From the NCBI GenBank assembly GCA_046292385.1, contig JBKBRF010000024.1, forward strand, positions 1 through 64,000: DNA of 64,000 nucleotides, given 5' to 3'. The position numbers and the translations under genes are program-made. This DNA is from Armatimonadota bacterium (GTDB lineage: Bacteria; Armatimonadota; SYMT01). This document shows, piece by piece, positions 59,391 through 64,000 of the stretch. The notes beneath the pieces are model-generated. The model saw nothing but the letters and a program-made list of their open reading frames with translations. It had not been told where the DNA came from and did not search any database. Numbering within the stretch: the first letter of the stretch is position 1; each line of letters starts with the position of its first letter.

Positions 59391-59594
59391 GTTGCTCTCC
59401 CGATCTACGAAGGAGGGGACCGCGCGCCGCGGGACCGGGGTCGACATCGCGGCGGGGTCGGACGCAGCCGCAGGCGCTGGCGTGGCGTGCCGGGAGTCGA
59501 CCGGCCGCCTGCCACTGCCCGGCGGGCAGGGTAGCTCCAGGCTCCGCCGCGCCGCAGCGCGAATTCGGCTTCAGCAGGGCGGGAGCGAAGTGGA

Positions 59595-59951
59595 TCAGGA
59601 GAGGCAGGGAGGCGCCCGAGGGGCCCTGCCGGTCCGGCGCAGCCGGAGCAGCGCCGCGGAGGCTTCGGCTCCGCGGTCTTCGCCGGTGAGCTGGACCGCG
59701 AGCGCGACGCGATCGCTGGAGAGGATCGGCCAGAAGCCGTCCGTCGTTCCCGCCGGCGCCCGCTGCGAGAGGCGCGTGAGCACCTCCGGCGGAATTCCCT
59801 GCGCCTGGCTGGTAAGGCCGCCCTGCTGCTGTTGAGCGAAGGAAGGGAGCTCGGCGGCGGCTGGCAGCGTTAGGCCGGTCGCAGGCGCTGCCCCCGCGGA
59901 TCCGAGGACCAGCGTGAGGTAGAGCAGCCAGAACCAGGAACGTGGCAGCAT
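59595..59951 (-). CDS. putative secDF-monitoring arrest peptide (signal peptide plus C-terminal RAPP)
   Basis: MLPRSWFWLLYLTLVLGSAGA...GRAPRAPPCLS-stop; co-oriented directly upstream of secDF; extended -10 TGcTATACT ends 7 nt before the ATG. Confidence 0.7.
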   Translation of the reverse strand: MLPRSWFWLLYLTLVLGSAGAAPATGLTLPAAAELPSFAQQQQGGLTSQAQGIPPEVLTRLSQRAPAGTTDGFWPILSSDRVALAVQLTGEDRGAEASAALLRLRRTGRAPRAPPCLS

Positions 59952-60026
59952 TGGGGCCAGTATAGCAGTTCTCGCGGCCGCCATGCGGGAGGGGCGCGGA
60001 AGTGAGCCCCCTCCCGCATGGCGGCG

Positions 60027-60410
60027 CTAAGGCTCTCCCGGTCGAGATCGCTCGGCAGCCGCGGCCGCGGGAGGAGCGGGAGCGCCCTCTTCGGGTGCGG
60101 ACGTGATCTTCAGCCCCACGATCCCGGCCGCGATCAGCCCGATACAGAGGAGCCGCGACGCATGGTGAGGCTCATCGAGCACGACGATCCCGAAGATCAC
60201 CGTGCCGACGGCGCCGATTCCCGTCCATACGGCGTAAGCGGTGCCGACCGGCAGCTCTCGGATGGCGAGCGCGAGCAGGTAGACGCTCGCGCCCATGCAG
60301 GCGAGGGTGCCGACCGTCGGCCAGAAGCGGGTGAAGCCGGCGGTGTACTTCAGACCCACCGCCCAGCCGATCTCGAGCAGCCCCGCCAAAACAAGAATGA
60401 CCCACGCCAT
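60027..60410 (-). CDS. gdx: SMR-family guanidinium exporter Gdx/SugE
   Basis: MAWVILVLAGLLEIGWAVGLKYT.GF, LPVGTAYAVWTGIG; riboswitch upstream. Confidence 0.93.
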   Translation of the reverse strand: MAWVILVLAGLLEIGWAVGLKYTAGFTRFWPTVGTLACMGASVYLLALAIRELPVGTAYAVWTGIGAVGTVIFGIVVLDEPHHASRLLCIGLIAAGIVGLKITSAPEEGAPAPPAAAAAERSRPGEP

Positions 60411-60428
60411 GCGCTGATCCTCCGGAGT

Positions 60429-60478
60429 GAAGGGGTCGTCCCCTTCGAAAGAGCAGCACACGCTGGGTCGTCCCAACG
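60429..60478 (-). ncRNA. guanidine-II (mini-ykkC) riboswitch
   Basis: Two hairpins with ACGA tetraloops (CGTTGGG-ACGA-CCCAGCG; GAAGGGG-ACGA-CCCCTTC) just before the GGAGGA RBS of gdx. Confidence 0.92.
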
Positions 60479-60541
60479 GAGCCAAAAGGCTAACGGATGG
60501 TAGTTGCCGAGGTGGACGGTCTGCCTGCCTCTGCTCCGCGG

Positions 60542-60571
60542 AGGATAACCGCGCAGGAGCAGGACTGTCAA
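60542..60571 (-). promoter_or_regulatory. sigma70-type promoter for gdx
   Basis: TTGACA-N18-TATCCT on the minus strand. Confidence 0.6.
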
Positions 60572-60596
60572 GCTCGCGCGCCCGGTACCGGTTCGA

Positions 60597-60625
60597 TTGA
60601 CAGGCCGGAGCGGCTTCGATATAGT
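60597..60625 (+). promoter_or_regulatory. strong sigma70 promoter of the tRNA locus
   Basis: TTGACA-N17-TATAGT. Confidence 0.8.
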
Positions 60626-60715
60626 AATCTACGGTTCTACCCCGCTTGGTTGAGGGGGGCGAGACCAGATTCTACCGTTGATGTCCAGGCACAAAAGCCC
60701 GGTAGAAGCTACCAC

Positions 60716-60750
60716 GCGGGAGTAGTTCAGTGGTAGAACGTCAGCTTCCC
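60716..60750 (+). tRNA. 5' half of tRNA-Gly (CCC), interrupted in the anticodon loop
   Basis: GCGGGAG TA GTTC AGTGGTA GAAC G TCAGC TTCCC gives acceptor 5' strand, D arm, anticodon 5' strand and loop; the expected AAGCTGA...GTTCGA...CTCCCGC is absent. Confidence 0.85.
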
Positions 60751-60901
60751 CGCAATATCGCCCGAGGGAAGGGCGGTAGTGTTGGCGAAAGCACGGCGAA
60801 TGGGCGGTAGAGTCGCCCCTCCGGAACGGTCGAGATAACCCATAGATTCGGAAGAGAGGCCCTCTTCTCCATGGCGCAGAGCCCGGAGATGGAGGGCTAT
60901 T

Positions 60902-61954
60902 GTGTTTCTCAGTGACGCCGTTCACGACTACCTGCTCTACCTGCAGCACGAGCAGAACGCTTCCCCGCAGACCGTTCGCTGCTACCGCAACGCGCTCGGC
61001 CGGTTCGCCGATTGGCTCCGGGAGAACGGTCATCCCGCTGCCACGCTCGCGGACATCACCCCGCCCCTGGCCCGGCGGTATCTCTACCACCTGAACGAGA
61101 CGGGCCTCCGCCCCCGGAGCCGCCTGCGCCTCTGGACGCCGATCCGCTCGCTCTTCCGGATGCTGGTCGACCTCCAGGTCGTGGAGGACAGCCCCGTGGA
61201 AAAGATCGCACTGCCGAAGAAGGACCCGCCCCAGCGGCTGCTCGTCTCGGACGAGGAGCTCTTGCAGGTCCTGGAAGCCGCGGGCCGGCAGCGCACGGCC
61301 TGGAGAGCCGCCCGGGACCAGGCGGTACTCGCGGTCCTGATCTACACCGGCATCCGCCGCACCGAGAGCCTCGATCTGCGGGTCCAGGACGTGGATCTGT
61401 CCCGTCGGACGCTCTACGTGGCGCACGGCAAGGGGGACAAGGCCCGGACCGTACCACTATGTCGCGAAGTGAAAGAGTACCTGGCCCGCTGGCTCGAGTT
61501 GCGTCCGCCCGCGGAGTGCGACTGGCTCTTCGTCTATGGACGCACCCGTCGCCTCAGCTCGAACGGGCTGGCCCAGCTCCTGGAACAGGCGAAGCTCGTG
61601 GCGGGGCTCGGCAACGCCCCGAACATTAAGCCGCACTCGATCCGGCACCGCGCGGCAACCCGCCTGCTTCAGAACGGAGCCGATCTCCGCTCGGTCCAGG
61701 CGTGGCTCGGACACAGTCATCTCTCCACGACGGCGGTCTACCTGCACTGTGACGAGAAGCGGCTCCAGTCGATCGCTCACTACGCTTCCTTCCAGCCGTC
61801 TCCGCCGGAGCCGGAGCCAGAGCCGGCTCCGCGGCCGGGGCCGTCCGTAAGTCAGAGCCAGCCCGAGCGGGGGCGCCTGCCCCACGGCGGAACCCAGGGC
61901 CGGCGCTTCGTCTCCCGCTATGAGCGGTCGCAGGACCGGGGAGGAACCCGCTGA
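60902..61954 (+). CDS. tyrosine recombinase/integrase (XerC/D-like, intact)
   Basis: N-terminal SAM-like SPQTVRCY; catalytic R (TGIR), K (GKGDK), HSIR, LGH, Y (TTAVY); GGAGG RBS. Confidence 0.93.
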   Translation: MFLSDAVHDYLLYLQHEQNASPQTVRCYRNALGRFADWLRENGHPAATLADITPPLARRYLYHLNETGLRPRSRLRLWTPIRSLFRMLVDLQVVEDSPVEKIALPKKDPPQRLLVSDEELLQVLEAAGRQRTAWRAARDQAVLAVLIYTGIRRTESLDLRVQDVDLSRRTLYVAHGKGDKARTVPLCREVKEYLARWLELRPPAECDWLFVYGRTRRLSSNGLAQLLEQAKLVAGLGNAPNIKPHSIRHRAATRLLQNGADLRSVQAWLGHSHLSTTAVYLHCDEKRLQSIAHYASFQPSPPEPEPEPAPRPGPSVSQSQPERGRLPHGGTQGRRFVSRYERSQDRGGTR

Positions 61955-62337
61955 TGGTGATTGGCCGACACCTGCTACACGTCGCGCTGGCAATCGAGGT
62001 GACGGTCGGAGCGGTGACTGGACCGGACCGGGACGCAGAGGCTGCGGCGGAAGAGCTCCTGCACGCCGTCCTGGCAGATCCGGCGGCCCGCTCCTTCTTC
62101 CTGAGGCAGGCGGCCGCGATCCCGTTCGTCGACTGGCCCGGCGGCACAACCCCGCAGGGACTGGAGTGGCTGAGCGAAGAACCACAGCACCTCGCCCGGG
62201 TTTTCGCGCGGCTATCCCCGGAGACGCGGGCGGCGCTCCCGTCAGAGGATGAGCACCAGAGCGAGGACGAACTCGATGCCTTCTACGCCGCCTTTCGCGC
62301 CCGCTTCATGAGCATCGAGGTGACGATCATGGAGTAA
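61954..62337 (+). CDS. hypothetical protein translationally coupled to the integrase
   Basis: TGATG overlap; GGAGGA RBS. Confidence 0.65.
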   Translation: MVIGRHLLHVALAIEVTVGAVTGPDRDAEAAAEELLHAVLADPAARSFFLRQAAAIPFVDWPGGTTPQGLEWLSEEPQHLARVFARLSPETRAALPSEDEHQSEDELDAFYAAFRARFMSIEVTIME

Positions 62338-62563
62338 GCCGGCTGGGGGTGGAGCCGGTCCGGATCAGTGTTCTCTCCCGATCGGCCCACCCCGACAGCA
62401 CTGTGAGGTTACCGGTGCTACGTCGGTGCGTGACTGGTAGAGCTCGGGGACGGGCGCGGGCGCTCTAAGGAAGCCGAAAAACCCGTTTCGTATCACGAGG
62501 ACCCCATGGGGATGGAAGAGGGGGACGGCTTCTAATTGAGCCCACCCCCCTCTGTTTCCAGGG

Positions 62564-63384
62564 TCAGCTCTGCGCGGCAGGATCCGCTACGCACTCCGAC
62601 ACGACCTGATGGAGCGGGATCCGTTCCTGCACGTCGAGTTGCCGCTGAAGCGCGAGGTCCAGCGTCCTCACCTGTGCGAAGATCAGTTGAACGCGTTGGT
62701 GGCGGCCTCTGCGCACCTGGAGAAGCCCATCACCGTCCCATGGCGTGGGCCCTGCTGCTGACCCAAGTCGCCATCGGCATCCGCGTGAGTGAGCTTCTGA
62801 AGCTGACGGTAGCTGATCTCAACTTCGAGCAGCGCGTGGTCAAGATCCGGCTCGGCAAGGGCGGCAAGAGCCGAGAGGTGCCCCTGGGCGAGCGCACGGT
62901 GACTGCGCTGCGAGAGTGGTTGCACGTGCGTGAGCTGTGGCTGGCAACCCGCAATGGAGATCGGCGCGTACGCAGCAGCGTGCCGCAAGGGCTGTGGCTC
63001 GCCGATCGGAGCCGAGGTCTTTCCGTAGCGGCTGTGTCGGGCCTGCTGGACGAGGTGTGTTTCCACGCACATGTCGAGGTGCGGATCCGCATCCACGACT
63101 TGCGGGCGCTCACCGCGCAACGCTGGAAGCGGGATGGCGTTCCGATGGAGGTGATCCAGACCTGGCTCGGCCACTCGGACCCGGGCACCACGAAGGTGTA
63201 TGTGCGAAGCGCCTGTGCCGATACCCGGGAATGGGCACGGCGTTGTGACCTCCCGCTGACGCCCGAACAGGGTCGAGCTGCACCGAGCCGTCCTCCAGTC
63301 GGCCAGACCGAGGCCCCACCGGCTGCGCCAGAGCCCAATCGTCCGGAGCGTCGCTGGAACCACTCGACCTGCTGGAGATGCTGA
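62564..63384 (+). pseudogene. truncated, frameshifted tyrosine recombinase
   Basis: Frame from 62564 (SALRGRIRYALRHDLMERDPFLHVELP...EKP) shifts -1 at about 62728 into GIRVSE, GKGGK, HDLR, LGH, TKVY; upstream TGA at 62537. Confidence 0.8.
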
Positions 63385-63846
63385 CGGAGCTTCAACGGCT
63401 GGAGGAGCGTTATCCCCTGCTGCGACTGCTCCGGACGGGAAGTGTTCAGATCTCGACCCGAACGACCGCGACTTGACCAGCGCCGGTGCTTCCCAGTTGG
63501 ACAACTCCCTCGTCGTCACCATCGGCTGGTAGCGGTGTTCTCAGATCCAGGCGCTGGGAACCCCTTCATTCGGCAAGCTGCCTAAATCCGGTTCGTCGAC
63601 GGGCCCGGCGGAGCTCGGCTCCACGGGCTGGAGTGGCTCTGAGACGAGCAGCAGCGCCTCGCCGGCGTTCTTGCTCGGCCGTTCCCAAGGCTCGAGCCGC
63701 ACTCCGTCCCGTCGAAGAGTACGACAGCCACGGCGGACTCGATACCTTCTATTAGGCCTCTCGCGCTTCCTATGTCAACGTGGGGGGTATCCTTCGCCGA
63801 AGGCACTCCGCTGTCTGGTGTTGGAGCCACGGGGAGCCACACCAGC

Positions 63847-63999
63847 CTAACCCGCCAGACCGCGATCCCGCGACCGTTGAAGGGCGGAAGCGGTATCCGT
63901 CGCACGCATGGCAGAGCGGATCAGTACGCCGCCGAGCAGGATCAGCAGCACGCTGACTCCCAGGTAGACGTAATCGTAGATCGACACTCCGAGCCGCTC
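63847..63999 (-). CDS. C-terminal end of a membrane protein that runs off the window
   Basis: Manual translation ERLGVSIYDYVYLGVSVLLILLGGVLIRSAMR...GLAG-stop. Confidence 0.55.
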   Translation of the reverse strand, partial: ERLGVSIYDYVYLGVSVLLILLGGVLIRSAMRATDTASALQRSRDRGLAG

Positions 64000-64000
64000 C

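Larger units (their letters stand above)
60751..63480 (+). mobile_element. tRNA-associated integrative element with two tyrosine recombinases (right boundary unknown)
   Basis: Begins at the tRNA break; carries an integrase, a small coupled ORF and a degenerate second integrase. Confidence 0.65.

Noticed and set aside
60751..60901. Group I intron in the tRNA anticodon loop
   Set aside because: Some resemblance (P1-like pairing, GAAA loop, GGCGCAGAG), but no P7 GACUA/UAGUC core and no 3' exon seen. Not callable without an Infernal search.
63575..63625. Possible 3' half of tRNA-Gly (AAGCTGC-ctaaa-TCCGG-TTCG...)
   Set aside because: Spacing is tRNA-like, but the T-loop lacks A58 and C61 and the 3' strand cannot pair with GCGGGAG.

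Overview
High-GC (visually about 70%) bacterial chromosomal window with about 45 supportable genes. Taxonomy is inference only: an SLH-anchored outer-membrane barrel, an LptD-like protein, type IV pilins and a DUF1549/DUF1553 + DUF1501 pair would fit an Armatimonadota-like diderm. In order: DUF1501/DUF1553 pair; ECF41/SigJ sigma with a FAD oxidoreductase carrying an exact ECF41 promoter; KGG stress protein; envelope cluster (SLH-collagen-coiled coil-barrel, LptD-like, second OM protein); LysR; two pilins; PolB; a lower-GC islet with a Ser/Thr kinase bearing an unrecognised Cys/Trp repeat; gltA-icd; cmk, M20 peptidase, lon, Hsp20; a translationally coupled sulfatase/FGE/2xSulP/BASS operon; a stress accessory block (Gre C-domain, PRC/BON, PAS kinase, USPs, FMN reductase); secDF; gdx with a guanidine-II riboswitch; and a tRNA-Gly broken in its anticodon loop next to two tyrosine recombinases. 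The strongest leads are: (1) an unannotated secreted uORF ending in RAPP upstream of secDF, whose stop-codon region can pair with the secDF Shine-Dalgarno (a SecM/ApdA-type translocation monitor); (2) a promoter-driven 5' half tRNA-Gly running into a structured leader and an integrase, with no restored 3' half in the window; (3) the kinase with four tandem CxxC...W repeats. No CRISPR array or rRNA was seen. All family assignments are from motif recognition, not database searches.
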